Below are positions 11,701 through 26,572 of a stretch of DNA of 64,000 nt, piece by piece (the stretch's first letter is position 1; each line of letters starts with the position of its first letter). The position numbers and the translations under genes are program-made. The notes under the pieces are model-generated. The model was not told where the DNA came from and searched no databases. It saw only the letters and a list, made by a program, of their open reading frames with translations. The stretch lies in the NCBI GenBank assembly GCA_965153285.1, contig OZ229111.1. The stretch is one strand, 5' to 3'. Source of the stretch: Podarcis tiliguerta (taxonomy: Eukaryota).

Positions 11701-14700
11701 ACAATCCATATCTATCATGTAGTTCTTGATGCTTGATGTGTTTTCCCTCAAACCAGTTGCCATATGATTTGAAAACATAAGCCACATTCACTTCCCAGTT
11801 AAGCTGAGGTGTGTACCTTTGAGACAACCATTGTGCATGTGCAGATGACAGCTTCATGGGGGAATTGCAGGCGAGGGAAAATGTGCATTGGATGAAGATA
11901 TCCTTGCCAGGCAAATGCAACTTGAAATGCAGCAGGCGGGCATGTCTCATTGTGTTTTAAGTCACTAATATGTACACAGCCTACGTATTTTGGAAGAGCC
12001 TACTGCCTATTCCAAAGAGTAACCATATTTGCTCCAGATTTCTGGTTGTTCTGTTTTCCTTGAATTTTTAAATCTTACCTCATTTCCACCCTAGCAGCAT
12101 CTGCAGGAAGGAATAAGGGTGATCAACCAGAATAGCTGATGGGTCTAGTCTCAAGAGTTGTAGACAGAGCAGAAAGGAACATAGCAATGCCCTGCAGAGT
12201 GTTCCACAGAAAGAAGGAAGGAAGTTTTTATTACTAGGCTAAATCCTAAATTTCTTGTTCTGCACTCAATGACGTCCGAGGGACTGTTGGCTGATTGAAA
12301 TTGAGAATAAAAATTCCAGGAATCACTGCAAGGGCCTGGGGTATGTAAAACGTTTGGCAAACCAGAAGTTTTCAGAAATTGCACTTTAGTAAGTTGAAAT
12401 TGCACTGTTTCCACTGGTAAAACTGAGATGATGTGGACAGCCAAGGCTCTTATGGAATATAGGCCCTAAATCTAGAGGAGGAAATAGTTGTACTTTAGTC
12501 CTGTTGAAATAAGTGGGTCAGGTTTAGCCATGGCTAAGCCTAATAAGCCTGACTGTATTAGGGCCAAAGTATACAAGGATTTAGTTGTCCTTCCTCCACA
12601 TGTCTATATTGCAAGTTATAAAATGTACAATTCAAGTACATATGCGATTTGAGAACCAAATGTTTCAGCCTTGTAATTTGATTTTCTGATCAATCAATCA
12701 TTTTATTTGCATGCCATCTTTCCATAGTTAAAACTATGCTCAAAGTGGATTACAACATATAAAAAATGCATAACTACAAACATAAGAAAAGTAGTTATAA
12801 ACAATAAACAAAACATCAAAAAGTACACAACCAAACTGATCAATTTCCACATAAATCATAAGATCCAGTATAAAGATATAAAAAACTAACATCAACAACA
12901 GCAGCAACCCCCCGCAACTAAATCCCCTAAACAGTTCCCTGGCCCCTGATAATAAAATGATATTTATTTTATCGGTTGGATCATCCTTTATATTTTTATT
13001 TATACAGGCAACAACAGATTTATGTGCGCCCAAACGACATGTACACACACACAGCACCGAACCTGGAAATACCCTAAAATGTCATAAAGACATCACAATA
13101 TGGGGCAGAATGGGGTAGGGGCGGAGCAGGCTTATGTGTGCTCTGCCAACACATGGGATATAACCCCCCGCACAAAAACGAGGATTGCCTGTATACTAGG
13201 GACTGGACCACTGTTTAGGTTTCTCACCAACCTCTGCCTGACCACTTCCCCTTTTCAACCCCTCTCATCTTACACCTGGCACTAAACCCATCCCCTTACA
13301 CCTAACCCAAACCTGCCTTCTCTCTGTTTAGTTTGTTATTCTATTTTTACTGCCAGGGGAGACTTGCTTTTGAGATTTTCTGTCTCAGATACGCAATAAC
13401 TTGGTTGGCTTTGGATACTATGCACCTTGATTTTTGTGTGTGTGTGTGTGTGTGTCCATTTATTGCTCCACCTTTGGGCAGCAAAATGTCCTGAGTTGGC
13501 TCTGTTTCTGCATAATGTATTAATATTTCAGGTAAAATATCATTGAGATAAGAATACAAATGAAGGAAGCATGGTTAAGTCTTACCAAAAGGAGTGAGAG
13601 TAAAGATGGTACAATATTTGAAAGAGGTGCTTTGCTCAAAGTATTGTCAAAAATATACTTGGGAGGAAAACGTGTTTGTGTGTGTGTGTTTTAAAGTTAG
13701 TACCTTTCCTTGTGCGCCTTCCTCATTCTCGAAGAATGAGCATCCACTGCCTCATGTTGATATGTAGCTTTGGCATTCTGCTTGCTCCTGACTTTGCAGT
13801 TCAGTGGCAGAGTCAGACAAGGACTGTGCTCCCAGGGCTTGGCATTTCTCAGTATTTACAGCCCCCTCCCCACCCCCAGCTGGTTAGACAAATAAAATCT
13901 AATGCCGACTGAATCCCCAGCTCTCTGTCCTCAACAGCAATAACAAGACCTGGGTGGCATTTCAAAGAATGTATCCGTAGGAGATGGCTTGAAATTAGCT
14001 AGCATTGGAATATATTCTTTTAATTTTGGGGGCTGGAAGAGAAATGTAATACTTTCTTTGTAATAGACTGGAGACTCTGGCTTAGCTGCTGTTTAGCTAG
14101 TATTGCTATGAATTGGAAAGATTGCTTAGAGCATTGACCTCTCACTAACCCCTTCCCCGATCCCAATGAAAACATGTTTTATTGCAAGAGTAGATAAAAG
14201 GAATCATAAATAAATGTGGTCTTGCGCAAGCCCTATGCTACCTGCCCAAGTGCAAAAATATGTGTTAGCACTGACAAGTTTGATTAAAAATCGATGGCTA
14301 AAGTTCCTGCTTGCACTACATTTACAGTTTTATAATGTTTTAAGAGAAGAGGGACTGTATCATCCGCTTTACAATACAAACCACCAAGCTTTGAGAAAAA
14401 GTTTCTGCATCAGATTCAGATCCATCGCTGATACAGCAGATTGGGAGAAATGAAAGTTTCTGAATCCTTCCTTGCAGCTGCAGTAGGGGGTACATGGGCC
14501 CAGGGGGAGACTAGGCCCATTTTTATAACACGAAACTGTGGTTTAGCATTATATCCAAACGAGGTGTCCAATTAATTCATCAACACAACAGATTATAGAG
14601 TTTTTGGAGACCACACTGTTGTGGATTTCCCTATACCTTTCTGCTACATCTAGAATGAATGAGACCAGCTTGTTCATCTGATTTTCAACCCATTTCAAGC

Positions 14701-15637
14701 ACACTCAGTTATTAAGTACAACATCTTTGTTAGTAATTACCATCCTTAATTGAGTCATTAGTATATATAAACATTTCCCTGCTATTGTATTCTGGGGTTT
14801 GAGTTATTGTGCATGGAAACAATTTTAAATAGGAAAACAACAATCAGTAGAATTAGAATATTTTTTTAAAAAAAAATTGGCGATTTATGATGGCCTGCAA
14901 ACCATTTATAAAAAATTATTTTCAACTTGAAGTTCTAACTATGAAAATATGATTGATTTGAACACAAGTAGCCTGTTGAGAAAGCCACAGCATGGCATTT
15001 CAATGGACATCTTTTTTGTTTGAAGGGAAAAATTAATTTCATGCCTGCCTGTGATTATTAGTAGTAGTTCTAAGATGCCTGAATTATCTGTGCAGATTCA
15101 TTGACTGTCTCTTTGAACTTGTAATCATCAGGATTTGTACTCTGCAAAGGTTGCACTATTTGATTGTTTTATTAAAGGGGGAGGTAACTGAAATACTTCA
15201 TTCCTGGGAGGCTGCAGAATACAATATTAGATATGCATTCCTTTAAGAATTAATTATATGATCAAAGCATTTCCCATCCATTTCCTCCTCTCTATACTGC
15301 TATGATTATAGCTCATCTCTCCACCAGAGAATTCAAGAAAACTGTAATGCATTTATAAACCTAAATAGGGAATAAACATTGGGGGAGGGGCGGAATGGTC
15401 TGTTTCAAAGGCTATAAATTTAGCCAGTAAACCCAAAGTAATGAAAGTAATCAAGGACCAAACCAGGGATGGCACCTCCTCACCTCTCTGTAAGTGCTTG
15501 AGCATTTTTCACACCTTTGTGATGTGAACAAATTCAACAGATGAAGTGTTTCCCAATATGGAGATATGAAGTATCTCCTGTTAGGTTTCTGTGTCAGGCA
15601 GCTGTTAAAAGAAGTCACAGGAACACTGATCGAAAAA

Positions 15638-15818
15638 GGCCACACCTATATTTAAAGTACTTATTCAGCTTTAATGGTAACGGTTTTCCACAAAGAATCC
15701 TGGGAACTGTAGTTTGGTAAAGGCACTGAGCTCACAGACCTACAGTTCCCAGCACCAGCTCCCAGGATTCTCCATGTGTGGTGCAAAGAGTGCTTTGAAA
15801 GTATGGGGTGAATGTAAC
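15638..15818. mobile_element. Hairpin-type squamate MITE remnant
   Basis: Inverted arms AGAATCCTGGGAACTGTAG / CTACAGTTCCCAG..CCCAGGATTCT and terminal CACACCTATATTTAAAGTAC / GTGCTTTGAAAGTATGGGGTG. Confidence 0.55.
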
Positions 15819-17838
15819 TAAAGAGAACTGGCAGTCCTAGAGAAAGAGATGGCTAGCCCCATTGCCATCAGTTGTTGGCAGGCCAGATCCAAAAGGAAAC
15901 ACGTGCTGTCAGATGTGCAAAGAGCACCCTGCCCCTCTAACATAAAAGCAGCACATATTGAGCTCAGCAGAGGGATGGAAAGGCTGCTGACAGCCCAGAT
16001 CCGAGAGGAGGTCTGCAGGGTGGCCCTGGCTGACCTGGTGGCTCTAGGCCGGACATGTGGCTACCTGACAGGCTAACTTTGGCCCAGGACATCTCCTCTC
16101 TGAGAGGATGGAGCCGGGGAGGGAAAGGGCACTGTGGTGAGGCAGGGGGGAGAGAAAGGAAAGCTGACAGAGAGAGAAATGCAAACATGGCCTAGCAGTT
16201 ATGGTGGGGGGAGGTGTGGAGGAAGATGAAGGGTAAACCTGGCAAGAGAACTCAGGAAGTCAAGCTGAAGCAAAGTGAGGGGAATGATGAGATAGAGTTT
16301 CCTGGAGAGGGCTGGAGAGAAAGGCAGACAGATAAACAGCCAGGAGGACCCAAGGAACGGATGCTGTTCCCTGAGCAAAGTCCTAGAGGGCGCTACGCAG
16401 CTGGCAACTTGCCAAGGCCTGGTTTCTGTTTTCTCTCTCTCTCTGTCTCCTTATGCCTTTTGATTTTACTTCAAGGACTTCCACATATGGCAAACATATT
16501 AGAAAGAAGAGGTGTCACTGCACCCCCTTCCCCACTACTGTTTTCTAAACACTAAATATTGTTCATAATATCTAGCAATGTGCCGGTAATGCTGCATATT
16601 TCAAGGGAAGGCCAGGCGTTAGAAAGGTCAGGTTAGATTCCTCGGCCACACAGCCATCAGGCTTCCTAAAAGCTGCAACTTATAGTGCTGCCTCTTATGA
16701 TATCAGTGCTATATTGTTCTGTCACATCTTGGTTGCCTGTGTACACATTACTGTAGGGCTGCCTCAAGACATTTTGGAACCTGAGGCAAACCACAAAACA
16801 GCACCTCCTCTCCCTGCCAGGATTTCTGTTACGTTATAATTTCTGTTACGTTATTTTTATGAAGAATGCATAGGTTATATAATAGGCCTGCATGGGGAAG
16901 TTTGATGTTTTTATTGTAAATTGAAAATAACAATGGTGGTGGGTTTTTTTTTAAAAAAATAATTGACAAAATTATACTGACCTATAGTTAAACAGCAAAT
17001 TATCCAGTACAATTACACTTATTGATCTACCTCACGGTGATATTATGAACATGGGGTTGTCATTTCTCATCTAACCTAGCATTCCTACCAAAAGCTTTGC
17101 TGCAAGGAAGGATATCCAGGATATGTGTTGCCTGTTCTAATGCTGTAGGGCTCAGGATGCAACCTTTTTCTGGGTGTGGTATTGCTGGGTTCAGCTCCAT
17201 TCTACAGGAAATGAACAACCAGGAAAGGCAACAAGAACTCTATAGCACTTGGAGCAAGTAAGAAATGCAGGACTACCCATCTCCTTCTTGCAATGTAGTC
17301 TTTATAAGTGTTGAGAAATTAGGTGTATAAATGGGACCTACAACAAAACGTTGCAATATATTTTCTCTCACACACATCTAACAGTAGTGTTCCTGTTGAG
17401 GGAGGGGACCAGCCAGCCAGTTAACCATGTCTTCCTCCAGCTTCCTAAAATCTGCTAAGGGCTCAAGCAAGCCAATTCTTTCTCACTCTTCCATTCTTGA
17501 TTTTCCATTTTTCTTTTCCAATTGGCATTCAACATTCCATGGCTCCTGATGATCATGGAGCATGCTTCGTCTTCATTGAGCTGTTTGGGGGCATGGGGTT
17601 GCCCCATTTTGGTATTTGTGGACTTTTAAATATTGTTTGTACTTTGGCAAACTTTGGGGTCTCCCTGAGCATTCAGATACCTCTCTAAGATTTCTTAGTA
17701 GCTGCATTTTCTATTGGCATGAGACATAAGTTCACCAGCCAAATTCAGGCTATGAATTTTAATCCTTGTTTTAATTCTGCCTGAGTTTTGTAAGAATAAA
17801 TGAACTGCCTGTGGTGGTGTGTTCCACTGTAACAATTT

Positions 17839-18050
17839 CCAGAGGAGTAGGGATGTTAGTTTTCTTTAGCAAAAACAGCAAAGTCTTGTGACAACTTTAT
17901 TATAGCATAAGCTTTTGAGTTCAGGTGCATGAAGTGTTATCCTGTCAATGCATCTGATGAAGTGGACTGTAGGCCTGTAGTCCACAAAAACTTATGCTAT
18001 AATAAATTTGTTGTCCTTTAAGGTGCTGTGCTGCTTTTTGTTCTTTTGCA
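17839..18050. mobile_element. Penelope-like non-autonomous inverted-repeat remnant
   Basis: Inverted arms TTTATTATAGCATAAGCTTTT (17896-17916) / AAAAACTTATGCTATAATAAA (17986-18006). Carries the CATCTGATGAAGTGGAC..GTCCAC motif typical of reptile Penelope termini. Confidence 0.65.
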
Positions 18051-19084
18051 CTATTGGCTCTGAATAAAGGGCCTCAGACTCCCCTCCGCCCCCGGAAATT
18101 TGGCATTTGTAAGGTTTCTTCATTCTGTTTATCTCCCAAGACAGTCCCAGGAGGGGTGGGTTCTTTGTTGCTGTAGTTTTGAGGAACCTAAACAGGCAAA
18201 CTGATTCTGGTCTCTTTCTCCAACTATAATAATGTTGTCTCAAGGAACAATTAGAGTTGCCAGATTTCCCGTATTATTATATCATATTTCAAAATATCCC
18301 AACTCCATAAAACAGGCACTCCTAGATTCTTGGCATGGCCCATTTTGATCTAGCGGTTTCATGACAGTTTCATGTACAGCATTAAAATATCTGCCTCCCC
18401 TCCCCATACTCTTGCCCTAAAGTATTAAGAGCTGAGACCAAATTTCACCATGTTGTTCTAGTAGCTATATTTAACCAATAGTTTCACAGTGTTCTGATGG
18501 GAGATAGGCCTCCCAGAGAATATATGGGCAGCTGGTAGGTTTGAGAAATATGACATCTGCTCACTCAGCCCAGTAACCAATTCCTTTCAGTTGTGTTTCA
18601 TCTTGCCCAGCATGATGTATTGTCATATCCGTCAGTATAACTTGGGTGTCTATGCAGTAGTCAGGTGCTGCGTGTCTTTATTGTTAATCCGAAAGGTCAA
18701 AGGAGCTGCCACCTCTGCCAGTTATTAATGTGGACTTCTAGCTTCCACAAACTACATTCTTTGGGGACATTAAAGCACTGATACCCAACTGACACCTTCC
18801 CTTTCCCTTTCTTTATCTGCCCATGCATCCCCAAACTACAGTGACAATTCTAGCTCTGAAGTTGACTGCCATCTGCATCCACCCTTTGTTATTTTAGGAA
18901 GGGTCCTTTATGACAAACTTTGAGGAGCCCAGGTTTAGGGTGCTGCATCAGCTCTGTAAGGCCTACATTGCCACATGAAGCAGCTCTCAAATTTGTTTGG
19001 GCTCTCATTTAGGCCACCTAGTTATTCACTGCATACACCAAAACAAAGGATAAGTACATGCCCTTGAATTAGGTGGATGGCCTA

Positions 19085-19302
19085 TTCTGGGAGGGGTTGC
19101 ACTCTGCCAAAAGTTTAGGACTCTGGGAGTACTTCTGGATTTCAGCTTGTCACTGCAGTCCCAAGTGGTTTCTGTGACTAAGCCTGCTTATGTTAACCTT
19201 AGGCTAGTACATCAGCTGTAGTCATTCCTAGGCTGAGAATGTTCTCACTTCTCCATGCAGTAGTGACTTTCTGCTTGGACTGCTGCAATGTGCTATATGG
19301 GG
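19085..19302 (+). mobile_element. L2/CR1-group LINE ORF2 fragment
   Basis: Degenerate translation LGVLLD...LRLVHQL..FL...LHAVVTFCLDCCNVLYG matches the post-RT region of L2-clade LINEs. Confidence 0.7.
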
Positions 19303-21334
19303 AGTTAATGAGTAGACTTTACAACATTTCAGTGTTTTTTTTCTCCCAGAATTTTAATTTAATGGTGGCCGTTTATCTTAAAACTTCTCTATATTGTCGT
19401 TGTGGAGTAGATTCCACTTTGGAAAGAAGCTGGACATTGCCCATGTTAGGAACTATTTTAGGATAGGTCTAGGAGCTCACAGTTTAATTAATACCATGTG
19501 GAGCAGGTTGGAGGACATTAACTAATCCTTTACTTATTTTGTTTATCATCACTTGGGATAAACAAAGACTCTGGACTAACTCTCGGCATGATTAACTCTG
19601 AATGGGTGGGCAGACTTGACCTTGTTATAATCAACACCTTGTAAATTATGGCAAAAGTGTGACTATTAGCTATACATTAGCTATACATTTCTAAAAGCAA
19701 GAGTGTTAGCAATTAATCTTGTATGGGATGGGGGCAAGACAGTGATGGAAGACTTAAAATTAACCCCATGTGGAGCACACATGGGATACTGTCAGATGCC
19801 CTCATGTGAGAAACAGAAAAAGGATATTGGCACTGATCCTATAAAAATAGTACACAATATAAATTGATTGTATGCCTCTGGTGTGGATTTATTTGTTTAC
19901 ATGTGTATTTAGTATACTTGAAAATTTTCCTCGCTTGCTACAACTCAGAACAGTTCACTGTATACAGTATCTCTGTATCTATTCTTTAAAATAAACTAAA
20001 AATGTTTAAGTAACATGGTTACGATAAACCTATCTTCATTCTTATCTATATTTGTTGAAACTTACAGCACCCCAGAAACATTTTTGTGTGTGGAAGCAAG
20101 CTTCAGAGTTGGGGAGTCAACATAGGGTACATCAGACTAGTGGCCCTAAGTGTATCCATCGGACACATGGAGGATACAATCAAAAAGTCAGCTAGCTTGG
20201 CTGACCACTCAGACAGCAGAGAAAAGAATCAGACAAGCATATCAACAAACTGAGCTCTGGTCCAAGCCTGCCAGCCTTGCCCTTTCCCTCTCACTACCTT
20301 GCTTGCTCCCACTGCCTCTTCCTCCTGATTGCTACAGAAAGCATCAGTATCTGGGTTACTGAAATGGAACACTGCCTAGGATGCTCCACTGCCTAGGTGG
20401 AGGCAGTGGTGGACAGGTGAAGAAAGCAACACAGGAGAGGGGAAACAAGAGTGATGGGCTTGAATTAGTACTTGCTGGTGTTGATTGCCCGACAGAAGTT
20501 GTGGAAGCAGGCATAGTGAATGGAGCCCTGTTTGTCTTTTATTTCCGCTTAAGGCATTTACAGCCCAAACAATGTAGATCTTTATAGGTTCACAATGGTA
20601 GCTAGAACTGTAGCTTGATAGCTATATTTCCTGAAATTGTGATACAATGCTGTTTTAGCAAATGTACCTATCAAGTAGCGTCACTATTGTGCTGTTGGTT
20701 TTACCTCTTTTTTGCTCCCTAATTATAAATGTAGCTCTATTTTCTGAGACCACTTTGGAGCAGCTGTGGCTGTTAAAGTCTGAAATAAATCCTTGGAAGG
20801 TGTTTGTCTGTGTGGACCAACTTTGTGTTTATAGAAAAATGATTTGGTGCAGGACAGGGTGGAGGTACAATTCCTGCCACTACATCTGCAAAGGAGAAGC
20901 GGAAGAACACACACACTTTGAACCAGAAAGGCAAAATCTGCGGCCTCGTCCTGACACTTCTGGTGCTGACATCACTAGTCAGCAGTAACCTCTACTCTTG
21001 TTGACACAAGGAACAAACCCCAAAGGCCGTCTAGACATTGAGTTGGCTGCCAACTTATTCACTAATATCTGGAAATGCTCAGAGATCCACTTGGAGGCAT
21101 ACCAGGGGGAGAAGGAGGCTTGAGAAGGGAAATGCCATTTCCCGTGTTATTTTTTAAAAATGGATTCCAATCCCTAGGCCAAAGCTGATTCTTGCACCTC
21201 CCATTTCCCCACCATCTGCTGACTGTGAGGTTAGAACAAATGCCAGTTTTAAAACTCTGTTCTCACATCATAGTTGCTGCTGGAACTTCTCCAAGTTATG
21301 CAATTCCTCCTGCTGATTCTCTTGCCTAATGAAG

Positions 21335-21880
21335 TGGGGTGGGTGGTCATGAGGAAGAGGGCCTTTTTCAATGGTGGCCCCCCAGCTGTTTTTTTTTAAA
21401 TTATTTTTTAAAAATATTTTTCTCATTTAAAAAAGCACATGCATTGTCTCTTTCTTCAGGTTGTGTTTTCTACAGATCAGTTACATTTGTTGTGAGACAT
21501 TGGTGTTATATGCAGTATAGGGTTGGGAAGAAAAGAAGTAGGGGGCGGGAGAGAGGGGCTAGTGTGGTGTTGAATGCCCTCCTCAGAGAGGCTCAGTTGG
21601 TACTTGGTAGCATCTTTTGGCACCAGGTGAATATCTTTTTATTCTCCCAGGCCTGTCAATTAAATGCTCTGGTGGGTTTTCAATTCTGACATTAATCATT
21701 CTTTTAAAGCTGGTTTTATAGAGATGTTATACTACTCTGTGTTGGTTTTATGCTGAATTTTGTAAAATAGCATAGATATTATTAGTTTTAGCTTATTTTT
21801 TATTGCATTTTGTAAACTTCCAAGAGGATTTTGTTGATGGCAAGTATAGAACTAATGTCTAAATAAAAATAAAATAAATC
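21335..21880 (+). mobile_element. L2-clade LINE 3' end interrupted by ~185 bp of other sequence
   Basis: GAGGGCCTTTTCAATGGTGGCCCCCAGCTG...GAATGCCCTCC...GAGGCTC...CCAGGTGAA...TTATTCTCCCAGGCCT, then T-rich 3' UTR and (TAAAA)n tail. Confidence 0.55.
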
Positions 21881-23187
21881 TTCCGCGGATCAGTGGCAGC
21901 TGCTAACTCTGCTGGGATTGGCTGCATTTATGAATTCCTATGTGCTGCTGATCCCTGTTGAAAATCAGGTTTGTATCCAGTGCCGATCAGCTGATGGGCA
22001 GTGCCTGCAAGCCCTGTTTTCATTCTGGATCTTCCTTTGCAGCTTGACTTGAGTTCAATACCAGACTGCAAAAGAAGAAAGGAAAGAATTGAGATCACAC
22101 TTAGAGCACTTCCCAATTCTTTCCTTTGAAGCTGGGTCAGGTGATTGATAAGTGGGTGCCCCTGCTCACTTGCCAGAGTGGCCCACATGAGTGTGGGAGC
22201 CGAAGATCTGGCTGACCAGATCCTGTTCCTTACCGCGTCTGTGTTATTTCAATCAGAAGTGGCAAGTGGACTTGAAGAATAATTAGGGTCTACTCTTCTA
22301 ACCCTGTCACAAAACCGGCCATGGTTTCAGTTATTATCAGACTGGGAAGGGAGTCAGCACAAAGGGCATAGTGTGGACTAAATACTTCACTGAGAGGAAA
22401 CTCTGTGAATCAGCAGATCTGCCAAATCCTCCAAGAGGGAGGCAAAGGGAAGTGCAAAAAATGCTGAAGCATTTTGAGACTTAGGGATGAGGATGCAGGA
22501 GAGGATTTCCTGCTGGCAGGAAGGGAAGCTTTTAAAAATGGCTCTGAAAGGACTTGAGTATTTCATCCTCAGCTTTGAAATTCTACACAGCTCCCATTTG
22601 CTTCTGTGATCTTCCCACTTAGCAAAACAAAGAGTCCGTATCCCTCTGGCTCTGACCAAACACCTGTTTTCGAAACTGCAGAGTGCATAAATGGAATTAA
22701 GTGTGAAAGTTTCTTAGACTGAGCTGTCATGAGCTGTGACAGCTGAGTGATGATAGGTATGTGGAGCTGGGGACACAGTCATGCAGCCAGGGGTTGACTT
22801 TACGGAAATGCCCCCTCCCTGAATAACATGCACATGCAACAACCAAAAGAGCACTGGGAGCAAACTGGGAACTAGCACATATCATCTGCTGCTTATGGGT
22901 AGGAACGTAGTGTTTAGAAGATAAGCACAGAAAGGCAGAAATTGATCATAAAAAAAGAAAATCCAAAGGCCCCTATAATAAAGGGCAGGGGATAACCAGG
23001 AAGGACAAAGGAAGAATTCTGTGTAAGCCACTCACACAATTTGCCTTTGGCAAATTACAATGAATTGCCAACATCCTTGGACCAGTAAGGAACAATTGTT
23101 CTACTCACCTGTCAGTTTGCCAAAGGGTGTTTCTGATATGTACTAGTTATTGGCCAATGTTATGCTGTGGGGTAAGGGTTCATAGTC

Positions 23188-23376
23188 CAGGGGTGCCAAC
23201 TTGAATAAAATATTGGGAAGTGTGTGTCAGATAAACCCCACCCCACATAATCAATCACAAGACATGGCACGCACACACCATTTGAATGGCAATGTCCATC
23301 AACTTGGGGGGGGCAGCCCCCTCAAATATTTTATTGGGGGCGAAGGGACTTTGGCCCCTTGGAGTTGGCTCCTCTG
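23188..23376 (+). mobile_element. hAT-type MITE, copy 2
   Basis: TIRs CAGGGGTGCCAACT / AGTTGGCTCCTCTG; body matches the reverse complement of 5450-5636. Confidence 0.8.
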
Positions 23377-24224
23377 GTTCATACACATAACCAGGTTGTA
23401 AAGGACCAATAGTCACAGATTGTAAAGCGCTATGCAAACTCTTTAAAGTGTTTGCATGAATTTCTGTAGCAGATTCTGCATTACAATGCCAGTGTGGGCA
23501 CAGCCCTACAATCCATGGCAAATGTATATCAGTTTTTGCTTGCGATAAGCATCAAGTTGCATCAAGAATATGCTTATGCATCTTATGAATATGCATCAAG
23601 TGAGACTACCAGAACAATGGCACAGAATAATTGCAAAGAAACTGTGCTGTCACTGAGCAATCTGAATGTTCCACAGTAAGTCCAAGGTATCAAATGAATG
23701 GAAAAATAGGTACTGCCTAGGGAGGGCAGGAGGAAGCAGACCCCTTCTCTCATGACTACATAGTCATTTATCATCAATATCTCTGTGAAAGTCCAATGCT
23801 TCTTTGTAACTTGGTGTTGAATATATTCAATATCAGGACTTGAAGTTTGCTATGAACTTTATCCCCACTTCTACCACCAAAATTTGAAATGGTGCCCTTG
23901 AGGAAAAACATGATAATCCTCTTCAAAACTTCCAACTACGGTACTAGTAAAAATTTGGCCCCATTGGAGGATTTCAGATTGATATTCACGTATTTCTCTG
24001 CCACCCATATGAAAATTAAAAAATGAGATTTGCTTATCATAATAAATATTGAAGCTGTTACATTTTCAGGTGGTTTCTTAAGATCTTCATTTACAACGTT
24101 GCAGATAAATCTGTTTGAGTTCCCTTATGTGGGTTAGAATAGTAAGGGTTACATGAGGGGCTTGTGGAAAAGTAACTGCATGTTTTAAGAGAGACAGAAC
24201 CGCAACCATAAGATTGATTTAAAA

Positions 24225-24392
24225 CAAAAACCAAAAAAGTATTGTGGCACCTCAAAGATAGGAATAAATGTATCATGGCTTAAGCTTTCGTGAACTTATG
24301 AAGTGAAGTGTGGGCCATGACAGCTTTTGCTAATGCTGTAGTTAAAAGTGCTACAAGATTTTTTGCTTTTGCTGCACAAACTTAACACAACT
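24225..24392. mobile_element. Second, more decayed Penelope-like inverted remnant
   Basis: TTGTGGCACCT..AAAGA...TAAGCTTTCGTG on the left and AAAAGTGCTACAAGATTTTTTG on the right; same layout as 17839-18050. Confidence 0.5.
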
Positions 24393-26572
24393 ACAGGTAC
24401 CCCCGAAAGAACTCAACTGTGCATTTTCTCTCTCTTTACAACTCATGACCTGTGCAAATCTTGGTATTGTTTAGTTCTCAGGGGTGTTTTCTGTAATGTT
24501 AAAAATCAGCTAAAAACATAGGTGGGATGTTCACTCCCCCCCCCCCCCGTTTCCTTTGTTTTAGTAAAAACAAATTACAGTGAACAAAAAAAAGTAACTG
24601 GACCACTAAATCTTGTTGCTAACCTGTCAGTACACCAAGGACTCTTTCTGATTATGCATGTTGCAATCATTAACAAATGCTGTTTTAGGGAAATTATCCC
24701 CCCTTTCCCAGCATTGAGCTACCATATCAAGAGGAATGGAAACATGCCAATAATGATATGGTTATGCACAAGATATCTTGAGTCAACAATCTCAATTAAT
24801 AGAAGACGTTTGGTGACAAGTACTTTTAAGCAATGGCAGACAATGAATCCACTTTGGATAAAGACCCTTGTCTGCAATTTGCCCCTTTAAAAACCATAAA
24901 CTGAAAGATCAAGGATAGGAATAGGAAACCCAGTTTTCCAGAAATAGACAAGGTGTCAGCGGCTGCAGAATCCTGCTTCCTTTTTCAATGTCCCATCAAT
25001 CCAGTTGTGTTTATTTTACTATCCTGCTGCCAGCTCTCTTGGAAACCATCTTGAGAAAACAAATATTACTGGAGTTGCTGCATGCCTTTTTAATTACACT
25101 AATTCTTTCTCCATGTTAATAGTATGTGAATATTAGAATAATATATGCACATATGAGACACAATGACTCATACTTTTTACAGCTGCATGGATGCTATATG
25201 TTAACTCGTCATCATTTATGCGTGTGAGCTCACTTGGTTTCCTCCATGAGGCTCTGGAGAAAAAACCCAAAGGATGAAGGTCACAGCATATAAATCTTGG
25301 AGAGAGAGGAAGGGCATTATAGTCTAGCAGGAGTATCTCCTTCACACCTTGGGGTTTTACTTGAGACACAAACCATCTGCATGTCAGTCAGCTGCCATTT
25401 CATAGCAGAACTCCCTGCGAAAATCAACTGTCTGGAGGGGCTGGTTCTGCCTTTGCAGGCACCAGTGAGAATTTCAACTATACAAAGTGTCTATACAAAG
25501 TGGTGATTTTAGATTAGAGGGAATGGAGTTGCAAATGAATCTGGAAGAAGGAATTTTTTAATTTGAGGATCAGATCCTGCCTTTGTCTTTACTTCCAAAG
25601 CTGTGAATGTAACAGCAAAATGACTACCCAAAGATTGTGGTCAACCCTCTGAAATGCGCTCAAGCATCCAGTTGTTGCCACACAACCATCATTTTAAGGG
25701 GCTTCTTGTTTTAGAGCAAAGATGGTCACCTTTTTTTGCCTGAGGGGCACCCTTGGTCAACTCTCGCAGTCCCCTCTCTTGAGCTGATCCAAGTAGCTCA
25801 GCTGAGTAGGATGCTGTCTCCCCAGTTATCAAATGATTAATATGATAAGTAGGAAGGGGTGAAAGATCCATCCCATCAGGGTCATGGGATTCTAGTGCAG
25901 TGTCAACTTTAGTGTTTTTCTTCTTCTCCTTTTGCTGCTGTTGGAACAAAAATGGGTGGGGAGAACGACAGAGAAATTTTGTTTGGAGGGGGGTCATGTG
26001 GCTTCTAGGCCAGGTAATAGCCACCCTTGTTTTAAAGAGTTGCTTCTCACTTAAGCAGGGAATTAGCATGGTCCAGTAGATAAAATGTTTGATTGCAGAA
26101 GTCATGAGTTCAACTAGAGATCACCTAAGGGAATCTCTTGAGCCTTTTTTGGCTTTCTATTGTAACTTTTGAATAATTGTTGTGAATATGTATAGGATAA
26201 ATATTTAAAAGCATCTTCTTCATTATTAAAAAAATGCAATGTAACGGATGAATAATAATTATTTCCAAACTATAGGAGTACAGAATACCATGCAATGGAT
26301 ATCCCACCACTCTCCATTTTTTTTCTCACTTTAGCACACTTTAGACCACAGCATAGCCACCTGTGTTGTTGGTGTGATGAACTGGCAATGTCACCCCCTG
26401 TCATTGACAGCCTTTAGAGAAGAGGTGGAGACACTTGCCCATGAAGTTGGAAATGATAATTAGAACCAATTAAGCATAAACAACAACAGCTGTTAATGTA
26501 CTAATCATTTACTATTTCTATTTTAACTCTCACACTTTCTGTTTACTCACTGCCCCTCAGCTGAATTTAACA

